DNA of 33,640 bases from Chloroflexota bacterium (GCA_022562335.1 JADFPM010000001.1:1-33640); one strand, 5' to 3'. Positions 1 through 8,597 are shown, counted from the stretch's first letter. Notes: generated by a model from the sequence alone, not told the origin. Numbers and translations are program-made.

Positions 1-235
1 CTTGAGTTATCAGGCGTTCCGTGGCGCGGCGTGCTTGCCGGGCCAGACTGGCGTCGTCGTAATGGACCAGTTCCAGACCAAACCCGGCGGTACCGGGCCG
101 AATAACAATGCCGCCGGCTTTATTGACGTCGTCCACCCAGGCCATAAGTCCGGCCAGCACCTGGTTTCCCTGCACTTGGAACTGGCCGGTGAGGGAAACC
201 GGGACTCCGGCTTTTATGACACGGGCACCTGGCAT
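1..235 (-). CDS. Type-I periplasmic-binding-fold protein (Leu/Ile/Val-binding LivK / AmiC-like family), N-terminal fragment; the gene continues past the window start
   Basis: Absent from the ORF track because there is no stop in the window. Hand translation of the minus strand from ATG (235..233) gives MPGARVIKAGVPVSLTGQFQVQGNQVLAGLMAWVDDVNKAGGIVIRPGTAGFGLELVHYDDASLARQARRATERLITQ. This has the typical family N-terminus: IKxG, L(S/T)G, then A-x-D-x-x-N-x-x-GGI, then hydrophobic-x-x-DD. AAGGA lies 8 nt upstream. An in-frame TGA just upstream makes this the first possible start. No signal peptide is visible. Confidence 0.6.
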   Translation of the reverse strand, partial: MPGARVIKAGVPVSLTGQFQVQGNQVLAGLMAWVDDVNKAGGIVIRPGTAGFGLELVHYDDASLARQARRATERLITQ

Positions 236-359
236 ATGGGAAATCCTTCGTCAGAAAACGGGGGTAATAAGGATTTGATACCCGCAAACCCAGCCACTGG
301 CGCCCGGCTGCGGGAGCGGGAGTCGCGCTGGTTTGGGCAGGCGGGATCAGGGGAGAGGT

Positions 360-1544
360 TTAGTAAGCGACCCGGAAAATCCCGAATGAGCTGGTGTAAC
401 CGTGCAGGAACGTGGTGCCGCTCACCGGGCCGATCTCTCCGTTGCAGAAAAACCCTCCCAAGGGAACGGACCCCAACTTATCTTGGAAAAGCTCGGTATC
501 GTGATTTGGGCGCCCGTAAAGGTGTTCGCCCCGGCCCAGACAGGAGAACAAAAGCGCCCCTTGGGCCTGGTTCTCCCGGTTTTCCTCGGCATAACGTTCC
601 AAAACCTGGGTCAGGTCGTCGGCGGACGTCTGGGCGTCGCGGAGGTGGAACTGGACCAGCTGGCCTTCTTTCAACATCTCGCCTATGGCTAGGACTCCGG
701 TGCGGTCGTCCATGCCCACCACGTTTCTTATCAAAAAATCTCCCTGCTTTGGGTCGTCGATGAACTCATCCATCACCACGCCCAGAAACAGGGAGTTGCG
801 CATCAGTTCCTTATCGCGGTCGTCGGATTTTTCGAATATCTCCTTTAGTACCGTCATGGGAGGCTGGCCATCTAATTCGGCCAATATGTTGCGTCTGCTC
901 TCGGTGACCCGCATCGGCTGGCCCACCGGGCGGCAGCCCTGGGCCACCACGGTGTCCACGGTGATGTTGCCGTGCAAGGCCACTCCCACCGCGCCCGACC
1001 GATATACCTGATCTCCCAGAAAAAGGGCGTTGCCGCCTTGCTGTTGCGCGCCGCTGGCCATACCGCCGATCTTGGCCGACTGGCTGAAAGCGTAATCAAG
1101 CCCCAATAGCAGGTTTTGCACCGGGAACGAGAAGGGATCGGCCAGCATCACGAACTGTGGCGACAAGCCCGACGTCACGTTGACCGCTTCCTCCCAGGCT
1201 TCGGGGGCCGCATCCAGGTCTGGCAGGCTGTCCCCTTCCAGGTGGAACTCCACTATCTCGACTCCAGGCAGACTGGCGGCCGTGATAGATACGGCGGGCC
1301 GTTGTTCCACCTCCTGGCCGTTTCCGATGATGCCACCGCCGGAACATCCCAAGACCACCACCGAATCAAGACCTTGCCGGATCAACTCCGACACCCGGTC
1401 GTATCCGGCTTGATGATGGGGGGACACAAAGGCCACCGCCAGGTGGGGGACTTCATCTTGCATCTGGGTCTGTAGAATGGCGATACATTCTTTGATCGCA
1501 TCTTCCAAGTTCGTTTGCTCTGATATAGATGAAGCCCACTTCAT
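360..1544 (-). CDS. FIST-domain (FIST_N + FIST_C) signal-sensing protein
   Basis: ORF 360..1757. I prefer the internal ATG at 1544 (MKWASSISEQTNLEDAIKE...), because the 71 upstream codons are Arg/Trp-rich and look non-coding. The length (about 394 aa) and the layout (N-terminal A-x-A-F-V-S block, central GCSGGGIIG, C-terminal GALLFSCLGRG...GFFCNGEIGP) are characteristic of FIST proteins. Confidence 0.8.
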   Translation of the reverse strand: MKWASSISEQTNLEDAIKECIAILQTQMQDEVPHLAVAFVSPHHQAGYDRVSELIRQGLDSVVVLGCSGGGIIGNGQEVEQRPAVSITAASLPGVEIVEFHLEGDSLPDLDAAPEAWEEAVNVTSGLSPQFVMLADPFSFPVQNLLLGLDYAFSQSAKIGGMASGAQQQGGNALFLGDQVYRSGAVGVALHGNITVDTVVAQGCRPVGQPMRVTESRRNILAELDGQPPMTVLKEIFEKSDDRDKELMRNSLFLGVVMDEFIDDPKQGDFLIRNVVGMDDRTGVLAIGEMLKEGQLVQFHLRDAQTSADDLTQVLERYAEENRENQAQGALLFSCLGRGEHLYGRPNHDTELFQDKLGSVPLGGFFCNGEIGPVSGTTFLHGYTSSFGIFRVAY

Positions 1545-1698
1545 ATTGCGAATCCTCACGGACGATATTAGCTTGGTTGCAAGTATACCAACATGACGGC
1601 GGTTTGATAGCATCGGCCGGCGATCCGCCGAATCCCGCGATTTTCGATTTCCCCACATGTTGAGACTCCGAAACTGGTGAACCGGGGCTTCCTTTTGC

Positions 1699-1727
1699 TT
1701 GACACTGCCCGGAGGCCTAATTACAAT
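1699..1727 (+). promoter_or_regulatory. Sigma70-type promoter candidate for the yvcK-like gene: TTGACA, 17 nt, TACAAT
   Basis: TTGACA at 1699..1704, an exact 17-nt spacer, and TACAAT at 1722..1727. It lies in the divergent FIST/yvcK intergenic region, about 185 nt upstream of the ATG at 1913. Confidence 0.55.
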
Positions 1728-1912
1728 TTTCACCAGCCACCAACCTGCCAGCCGCATGGTTGATGGCGCTGGGGGGCCGGACGTTTTCCGCCGTGATCAA
1801 ACCACCAACCGCATCCACTCCATCGAATGATTCTGCGAATCATGCTGCCCCTTTGGGCAACATCCCTTCTCAATCGGAATCAACCGTCCCGGGAAAATAG
1901 ACATACATTTCC

Positions 1913-3274
1913 ATGTCTAAATTCATGCATTTCCTCACTTCCCGAAGGATCGGCCGGGCAGTCCTCATACTCTTGGTGCCGGGCATTGCCCTCAAGCGTT
2001 GGCTGGCGATGGGCGCGTTCGGCGCAATATGCATCGCCCTGGGAATCGTCTTTGCCCTGAAGATCTCGCTTTGGCCGGGGTTCACCTCCCTCGCGGAGAT
2101 CATCAGCCTCAGGGGCGAACCAGCGATGTTAAGGGCAGGGGTTTTCATCGGGGTCGGCATCGTCATCGCCACGGCTTCCTCCATCTATCTAGCCCGGTCG
2201 TTGACCACCATCCAGGTGCGCCGGCGCCACTGGCGGCTGTTGGATTCCCTCTATATCGAACGGGTGTTGGGAGCGGGGCCAAAGGTCGTGGTCATCGGCG
2301 GCGGCAGCGGGCTTCCAAACCTCTTGCGCGGGCTGAAACACTACACCGGCAACATCACGGCGGTGGTGACGGTGGCCGACGACGGCGGCAGTTCCGGCCG
2401 GCTGCGTACGGAATTGGGCATTCTGCCTCCCGGCGACATCCGCAATTGTCTCGTGGCGTTGGCCGACTCGGAAGACGTGATGCAACGCCTGATGGACTAC
2501 CGCTTTTCGTCCAACGGGCAACTAGACGGGCACAATTTTGGAAACATGTTCATCGCGGCCCTGGCCGGAATAGGCGGGGGTTTTTACCAAGGGGTGCAAA
2601 TAGCCGGTGAACTTTTGGCCATTCGCGGCCGGGTGATACCCTCGACCTCTATGGACGTTACCCTGGTGGCCAGGACGGTTTCCGGGCAACCCCTGATCGG
2701 GGAATCCAAGGTGGGCACGGCGCAAGACCCCCTGCAATCCATCGCCCTGCTGCCCGCCGACGCCGCCGCCCATCCCGACGCCCTACAGGCCATTGAAGAA
2801 GCCGACATGATATTGCTTGGCCCAGGCAGCTTGTTCACCAGCATAGTCCCCAACCTGTTGGTCCCGAAAATAGCCGAGGCCATAACCAATGCCCCCGCGC
2901 TAAAATTATACGTGTGCAACGTGGCCGGAGAGCCGGGACAAACCATGGATTTCTCCGTGCTGGACCATCTGGAGGTGGTCCGCCACTATCTGGGTCCGGA
3001 CTCCATAGACCTGGTTTTGGCCAACGATAACTTCGTCTCCCAGCCGAGTTCGGCGGGAGCCTATGCCGGCGGCGCGGTTGTGCCCAAATTGATTGAGGTT
3101 TCGCAGCCCTGGCGGGATTCGACCGTCTGCGTGCTGGCCGATGTCATCGATACCGGCAATCCCACCCGCCATGACCCTGTTAAATTGGCCACGGCGGTTG
3201 CCGAAACCTATCGGGACCACCGGGGCCGGCGGCGGCGTCTGCCCCGCAGGTGGTTGGGATTTGGGGAGAGTTAG
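1913..3274 (+). CDS. yvcK: YvcK/CofD-superfamily protein (gluconeogenesis factor / UDP-sugar-binding YvcK family) with an N-terminal membrane extension
   Basis: KVVVIGGGSGLPNLLRGLK...ITAVVTVADDGGSSGRLR...LPPGDIRNCLVALA...GHNFGNMFIAAL...ILLGPGSLFTSIVPNLLV are the hallmark YvcK (UPF0052) blocks. About 120 hydrophobic residues precede the first block. Confidence 0.88.
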   Translation: MSKFMHFLTSRRIGRAVLILLVPGIALKRWLAMGAFGAICIALGIVFALKISLWPGFTSLAEIISLRGEPAMLRAGVFIGVGIVIATASSIYLARSLTTIQVRRRHWRLLDSLYIERVLGAGPKVVVIGGGSGLPNLLRGLKHYTGNITAVVTVADDGGSSGRLRTELGILPPGDIRNCLVALADSEDVMQRLMDYRFSSNGQLDGHNFGNMFIAALAGIGGGFYQGVQIAGELLAIRGRVIPSTSMDVTLVARTVSGQPLIGESKVGTAQDPLQSIALLPADAAAHPDALQAIEEADMILLGPGSLFTSIVPNLLVPKIAEAITNAPALKLYVCNVAGEPGQTMDFSVLDHLEVVRHYLGPDSIDLVLANDNFVSQPSSAGAYAGGAVVPKLIEVSQPWRDSTVCVLADVIDTGNPTRHDPVKLATAVAETYRDHRGRRRRLPRRWLGFGES

Positions 3275-3433
3275 GTGGCTTCGACCCACATCCGATGCAA
3301 AATCCATTGTCTACCTAACCAGGCAGGCGCTAAAGGGATTTCGGGGGGTCTTCAGCATTTGAACCAGATGGTCCGCCCGGCAGGGTCTGATGCACCACCG
3401 ACGGTTTACCCCAAACCCTTTGGCGCCGCACCT

Positions 3434-4927
3434 CTAGGTGGGACTGCCGGACACCAACTGGACAGACCTACCCGCCTCAGATTGTTTTCTACAATGTTTT
3501 TGGTATCGGGAGTAGCGGCCTGGAGATCCTGAGGTCACACCATTCCAAATGAACCCCAACATGTTGGCGCCGGCCTTTTCCAAATTGCCCAGGGCCAAAA
3601 CCACCGCGTCCATCCTGGTGTTGGATGAATTGACCACCATCACGGAGCCGCCCACTTGGGCCGCCACCACCGCGCCATCGGCCAGTGATACCAGGGGAGG
3701 CGTATCCACCAAAACCATGTGATACTCGCTTTCCAGCTGTTTCAATAAGGCGCCCATACGGGGAGTCTTCAGCAAAGCAACTGGGTCGGCCGCCGGCGGG
3801 CCGCTGGTGATGACCTTGACACCGGAGTAAACCGTGTCGCGAAGCACGTCCTCCATTTCGATCTCAGGGTTGGAGAGGAAATCGCTCAGGCCGGCGGTGT
3901 TCTGCAACTTGAAGTAGGCGTGAAGCGACGGCCGCCGCAGGTCGGCGTCTACGAGGACCACCTTTTCCTGGCCGGAAGACAAGACACATCCGAGGTTGGC
4001 GATGAGACTGCTGCGCCCTTCGCCTGTGTCCGGGCTGGTCACCACTAAACTCTTGATGCCCTTATCCCTGGCCGCAAATTCTATGTTGGTGGCAACCTGC
4101 CTGATGGCTTCGGCTTCGCCGGTCGAGGAGGCGCCGTTCACCGCCAATATCCTGGCGCCTCCGGCGCTTTTGGGCCAACGGGGCACAACGCCCAGGTTGG
4201 GGATCCCGAACCGTCTCTGGAACATCGCGGCAGACCCGATGGCCGCCCGCTGGTAACCCAACAACATCACCAATCCAACGGACAGCAAAAGACCGGCCGC
4301 CGCTCCTAATATGGCATTTCGAGCGATGGGCCGTTGTGCCACGGAGACCGGATTGCCAGGCACTTCTGCAGGGGCCACCAGGGTAACCCTGCCGAATTCC
4401 GGCATCCTCTGTTCGATCACACCGCTCAACGTGGCTAAAACCGCACCGGATGTGGAGAAGAGCCCCATCGCCGACATCTGCCGGGACAACTCTTCTCTTT
4501 GGGCGGCGAATTGTTCCTCGCGGATAGAATCCATGTGGCCCACAAACGTCACGGCCACTGCATCGGCAATCCTCCTGGCCATCGCCGGTTCTTCGCTAAT
4601 GGCGCGGACCTCCAGGAACTGGGTTCCTTCAACCCGCCGGGCAGACAACATGGCCTTGATCTCATCTACGCTTAAAGGCAGCGCTGTCTGATCGATCACG
4701 CCTTTCAAAAAGGGCCTGGTCACGATCAAGCTGGGATAGCTGGCGGTGGCGGCGCTGCCCTCCAATAGCATGGTGGCTGTGGCCTCGTATTTTGGCGCCG
4801 GGACAGGTGAGGCCAGCCCGGCGCCGGCGATGATTCCCCCAATCAACAGAGGCGACGCTAAGAGCACCCACCACCATCTGCGAAAGTTGTCCAATATCTC
4901 TCGTAGGTCCAATGCCTCGTCTTGCAT
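3434..4927 (-). CDS. Polysaccharide co-polymerase (Wzz-like, two TM segments) fused to a BY-kinase-type P-loop ATPase (CpsD/CapB/Wzc family)
   Basis: N-terminal TM segment, a long periplasmic helical region, then a second TM segment (AILGAAAGLLLSVGLVMLLGY). The cytoplasmic domain has Walker A SPDTGEGRSS, Walker A' VVLVDADLRRP and Walker B MVLVDTPP. The short tail carries the pair RYSRY. Confidence 0.82.
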   Translation of the reverse strand: MQDEALDLREILDNFRRWWWVLLASPLLIGGIIAGAGLASPVPAPKYEATATMLLEGSAATASYPSLIVTRPFLKGVIDQTALPLSVDEIKAMLSARRVEGTQFLEVRAISEEPAMARRIADAVAVTFVGHMDSIREEQFAAQREELSRQMSAMGLFSTSGAVLATLSGVIEQRMPEFGRVTLVAPAEVPGNPVSVAQRPIARNAILGAAAGLLLSVGLVMLLGYQRAAIGSAAMFQRRFGIPNLGVVPRWPKSAGGARILAVNGASSTGEAEAIRQVATNIEFAARDKGIKSLVVTSPDTGEGRSSLIANLGCVLSSGQEKVVLVDADLRRPSLHAYFKLQNTAGLSDFLSNPEIEMEDVLRDTVYSGVKVITSGPPAADPVALLKTPRMGALLKQLESEYHMVLVDTPPLVSLADGAVVAAQVGGSVMVVNSSNTRMDAVVLALGNLEKAGANMLGFIWNGVTSGSPGRYSRYQKHCRKQSEAGRSVQLVSGSPT

Positions 4928-5377
4928 CTGCTTACTCGCTCCTTTGGATCATCTGAGGGCCGGCAACCCTTCCGAATGCCTGCATAGGATATGGGTGGCC
5001 CGCTACGGCTCAGCCTCGGCCATTGAACGCGGCTTTTGCACTAAGCTTTCCCCTGGTGTAGGTCTTTCTGAATCGGTGGTGCAAACAACAACCCGGACGC
5101 AGGCCAAGGTATTTCCGGAGAATAGATGGTAGAGTCATTAGACCGTGGCAACCCTTTTTGTATCACCGATTCACCCATCACCGCAGGGTGATACCACCCT
5201 GGTACCATGGAAAGAACCCATGTATCTTATTGGTAAACCCATGGAATGGGACACGGTCCCCGGGCGGGCGGCCGATCAAGTCAACGTCGTATATGCCTGC
5301 TTCGGCCTGAAGACCGGCCACCATTGGCGACGGTTAAAACGCCAAGCCGAGACGTTGCCTCTTAAGGGGAAAAATCG

Positions 5378-5406
5378 TTGTACACCATGCCGGAACAAGC
5401 TATAAT
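5378..5406 (+). promoter_or_regulatory. Sigma70-type promoter candidate for the vanZ-like gene: TTGTAC, 17 nt, TATAAT
   Basis: TTGTAC at 5378..5383, a 17-nt spacer, and consensus TATAAT at 5401..5406. It lies about 85 nt upstream of the ATG at 5492 in a locally AT-rich stretch. Confidence 0.55.
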
Positions 5407-5491
5407 GCCGCAAGTCACGATGGTTCGGATTAGACTGATCCGCATTATGCAAACTCTTTAAGCGACTGGATTCGCTGATTTTATTTAATAT

Positions 5492-5986
5492 ATGATCATT
5501 AAAGAGGTTTTTATAAGTAAATTTTCATTTACGACTCGCTGGGGATTCCGAATCGGCTTCGCGGCCGCTTTGGCCGGATGGATGACCCTGATCTTCTACC
5601 TATCGTCGCTTCCTGAGGAGCAGGTTTCGCGGTTGGGACCATACGACTCCCACGTCATTTCCAAGCTTGGCATCATACGCAGCTATATGGCTCACCTATT
5701 CCTCTTTGGCATGCTGGCATCTTTTATCCAGGCCACCCTATGGAGTTGGACCACATTTACCGATTACTCCCTCCGGGCCGCCCTTGCCGCAATCGTCCTG
5801 GCCGTCCTGTACGGTATATCCGATGAATTCCACCAGTCGTTCGTCGTGGGCCGAAACATGTCGCCTTCAGACATGATCGTAAACGCCCTGGGCGCCATCG
5901 CAGCCGTTGCCATACTGCGGCAGTCGGCGAAAGTCGTTTTCCATTCCCAGATCTCGCGTTTCAAACTCACCCCGTCCAAAACATGA
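5492..5986 (+). CDS. VanZ-family integral membrane protein
   Basis: 164 aa with about 4 TM segments. It has an LSSLP motif after TM1 and an SDEFHQSFVVGR (D-E-x-x-Q) motif before the last TM, as in VanZ-like proteins. Confidence 0.7.
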   Translation: MIIKEVFISKFSFTTRWGFRIGFAAALAGWMTLIFYLSSLPEEQVSRLGPYDSHVISKLGIIRSYMAHLFLFGMLASFIQATLWSWTTFTDYSLRAALAAIVLAVLYGISDEFHQSFVVGRNMSPSDMIVNALGAIAAVAILRQSAKVVFHSQISRFKLTPSKT

Positions 5987-6068
5987 ATACCATTCCATGG
6001 GGTGACCGAGCTCAATAACGGGCTATCCGAATCTTTGGCCATCCAAGCGGCATGGGGCGGTATCTCAC

Positions 6069-7145
6069 ATGGTGGCTGATCTAGACCAACCCAAGTCATT
6101 CGCCAGTGTCGACCGGTCTGGTCTCGGGGGGAGAATTCGCGCCCTGCCACAACAGTGCGCGGCGGGTTGGCGGCAAGGTATAGCATCATCGTATCCCCCG
6201 GAATGGGGCTCCAGCGGGAGTGTGATTGTCTGCGGCATGGGCGGGTCCGCCATCGCCGGAGACCTGCTTGCCGGCCTGATGGCGGACCAGAAAGGAGTGC
6301 CGGTCCGGGTGATCCGGGGATTTGATTTCCCTTTCCAGATAGACCCCGGCAGCTTGATCATAATCTGCAGCTTTTCCGGTAATACCCGGGAAACCATCTC
6401 CCTGTTCCACCAGGCCAAAGCAGCGGATGCAAGGATCATAGTGGCCGCCGGCGGCGGGATCATCGCCCAAGAAGCCGCCGACTCGGGGATTCCCCTGCTG
6501 AAGGTGGATCTCCCCGGCGAGCCCCGCAGCGCCGTGGGCTACAACCTGATGCTTCTGTTAGCCGCCCTGAACAAACTTGGTTTGTGGTCAATAGCCCAAA
6601 CGGAAGTGACCGCTTCCATTGATGCCTTGGAGAGCCAGGCGAGCCGCCTGGCGGAAGACCGGCCCTCACGGGACAATCCGGCCAAAGACCTGGCATTGCA
6701 GCTTCATGAAAAGCTGGTGATGGTCTGTGGAGGGGGGCTATTCTCGGGGCTGGCGCGGCGATGGAAAACTCAGTTTAACGAGAATGGCAAGGTCTGGGCG
6801 TGGCACGAAGAGATACCGGAATTGTTGCACAACGCCGTGGAAGCTTACGGTTCGCTGCCAGAGATCGAAAAGCGTCTGTCTGCGGTTATGCTGCGGCCCA
6901 ACCTAGAGGGCGACCCGGCAGACGCCCATTACCAGGTCGCGGCGGAGTTGCTGAGAAGCAATGGCATTCCTCTACATCTGGTCCAACCGCCGGAAGGTCT
7001 GGCGCCTCTGGGCCAACTGCTGACCACCATGATCATGGGGGATTACGTCAGCTACTACCTGGCCATCCTACAGGGAGTGGACCCATCGCCAACCCCCAAT
7101 ATTGTGCTGGGCAAAGACCATCTGGAAAGGTTGGCGGGCGGCTGA
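6069..7145 (+). CDS. Bifunctional phosphoglucose/phosphomannose isomerase (SIS-domain PGI/PMI family)
   Basis: CGMGGSAIAGDLL and SFSGNTRETIS are SIS motifs. The size (about 358 aa) and the C-terminal GDYVSYYLA...GVDPSP block are typical of the PGI/PMI family. Confidence 0.8.
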   Translation: MVADLDQPKSFASVDRSGLGGRIRALPQQCAAGWRQGIASSYPPEWGSSGSVIVCGMGGSAIAGDLLAGLMADQKGVPVRVIRGFDFPFQIDPGSLIIICSFSGNTRETISLFHQAKAADARIIVAAGGGIIAQEAADSGIPLLKVDLPGEPRSAVGYNLMLLLAALNKLGLWSIAQTEVTASIDALESQASRLAEDRPSRDNPAKDLALQLHEKLVMVCGGGLFSGLARRWKTQFNENGKVWAWHEEIPELLHNAVEAYGSLPEIEKRLSAVMLRPNLEGDPADAHYQVAAELLRSNGIPLHLVQPPEGLAPLGQLLTTMIMGDYVSYYLAILQGVDPSPTPNIVLGKDHLERLAGG

Positions 7146-7159
7146 CAATAATCAGCCGC
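7138..7159 (+). terminator. Weak hairpin overlapping the PGI/PMI stop codon, between convergent genes
   Basis: GCGGCTGA (7138..7145), a 6-nt loop, then TCAGCCGC (7152..7159), followed by TTGATCT. The stem is 8 bp and the T-tract is poor. Confidence 0.3.
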
Positions 7160-7220
7160 TTGATCTGACTCCGGGCCGTCCTCACGCGATTTTAGAACCC
7201 GAATCAATTGCCGATCTCTC

Positions 7221-8558
7221 TCAGTGCGCCCCGTGCTCATCGCCGTTCCCATGTTCATGGCCATGATCGTGACCATGACCTTCATGACCGTGCCCATGGT
7301 GGCCGTCGCCTGCGGAATGGCTTGGCACTGCCATCGGCACCATCATCAGGATGACCGTGGCCACGACATACAGGCCGGCGATGTACAAAAAGGTGGCTTC
7401 GATACCACTCGAATCAAACAATATTCCGGCAATGAGTGGGGATGCCGCCGCGAGAGCGAATCTGGAGAAAGAAAACACCCCCAGCGTGCTGGCTACTACA
7501 CCCTCGCCGATTACGTCCAAGGCTCCTGCGGTTAAGATAGGCTGGTCGCTGAATAGGAATATTCCTAACAGCGCGATTACAACAATCAATCCTATCCCCT
7601 CGCCAAAAGGAACCAGCAGCGCCGTTAGAACGGCAAGTCCAAGCATGCCGGGAACCAGCACCAACTTTCTGCCCAAACGGTCGGACAAGTAGCCCATAAC
7701 TGGAGTAGATACGATACCCACTCCCACCAGAAGGGCGATATGTAACCCCAAAGACGGCTTACTCATCCCCAGTTGGGTCTCAAGGCCCAGGTACAACGCC
7801 AGGAACGGCAAAAACGCCACGTGGGCCATACCCCGAAGTCCCGCGACCGTCATGATTCCCCACAACCTGGGGTGCTCTTTGAACGATAGCCGGGTCTGGT
7901 CCATCTGCTCCCGGAAACCAGTCGGCGCGGTGGCCTGGGTCCCGGTCCTGCCGATGTCCCGGAACGCCCAAAAAACCACGAAGGTCAATACGAGCGGAAC
8001 CACCGCGTATATGCTAAGGATTCCTCTCCAACTAAGGACCAATAGGAGTCCTCCGGTCAAAGCCGGGCCCAAAACGTCTCCGATGTTCCCCCCGACTCCG
8101 TGGAAGGACAGCGCGGATCCCCGGCGGTGGGCGAATCGGGATGACAGAGCCGCGGTTGCCGGAAGATGCCACATAGACGATGCCATCGCCACCACGCCCA
8201 TCCCCAGCAACAATACCGGGTAGACCGGCGAAATGCCCATGATCAGCCAGCCAACCCCAAATAATGCCATGCATCCTGCCAGAACCAATCCCCAATGCTG
8301 TCGAAGCATGTCGGTTACCACGCCGCCCGGGAGGGCGATAAGGCCTGAAGCCACCTCTCGAGTAGATGCGATCGCCCCCACTTGGACACCGCTTAAGCCG
8401 AAGGTGGCGACGACCGCCGGCAGCATGACAAAAAAGCTTTGGGTGAACCAATGGAATACTCCATGGCCTCCACTCAGAGCGCTCAAGATGAAGAGCGCCG
8501 TTCCTCTAACCCCTTGATCCTGGTGCGTATCCCTGGTTTCTACATGAGATTGTGTCAT
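7221..8558 (-). CDS. MFS transporter (about 12 TM) with a C-terminal His-rich tail
   Basis: Hydrophobic 12-TM profile with an MFS-like loop motif (GGVVTDMLRQHWG between TM2 and TM3). The tail reads HSAGDGHHGHGHEGHGHDHGHEHGNGDEHGAH. Confidence 0.85.
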   Translation of the reverse strand: MTQSHVETRDTHQDQGVRGTALFILSALSGGHGVFHWFTQSFFVMLPAVVATFGLSGVQVGAIASTREVASGLIALPGGVVTDMLRQHWGLVLAGCMALFGVGWLIMGISPVYPVLLLGMGVVAMASSMWHLPATAALSSRFAHRRGSALSFHGVGGNIGDVLGPALTGGLLLVLSWRGILSIYAVVPLVLTFVVFWAFRDIGRTGTQATAPTGFREQMDQTRLSFKEHPRLWGIMTVAGLRGMAHVAFLPFLALYLGLETQLGMSKPSLGLHIALLVGVGIVSTPVMGYLSDRLGRKLVLVPGMLGLAVLTALLVPFGEGIGLIVVIALLGIFLFSDQPILTAGALDVIGEGVVASTLGVFSFSRFALAAASPLIAGILFDSSGIEATFLYIAGLYVVATVILMMVPMAVPSHSAGDGHHGHGHEGHGHDHGHEHGNGDEHGAH

Positions 8559-8597
8559 CTGCCACCCATATGCGTTTAATTGTTCAAGCTGTGTAGA

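Noticed and set aside
2-763. 253-aa plus-strand ORF at the window start
   Set aside because: It spans the intergenic gap and runs antisense to both the LivK-like fragment and the FIST gene. Its Arg/Gly/Pro-rich composition is typical of wrong-frame translation in GC-rich DNA, and it has a TTG start with no SD.
1999-2610. 203-aa ORF in an alternative frame inside the yvcK-like gene
   Set aside because: It lies on the same strand and out of frame with a gene carrying unmistakable YvcK motifs. The product is Arg/Gly/His-rich and low-complexity.
3275-3532. 85-aa ORF starting right after the yvcK stop
   Set aside because: It overlaps the 3' end of the convergent BY-kinase gene by about 100 nt and has no recognisable features.
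5145-5405. 86-aa plus-strand ORF (GTG start) in the kinase/vanZ intergenic region
   Set aside because: It has no SD, atypical composition (Trp/His/Cys/Lys mix) and weaker GC3 bias than its neighbours. Its 3' end overlaps the near-consensus vanZ promoter.
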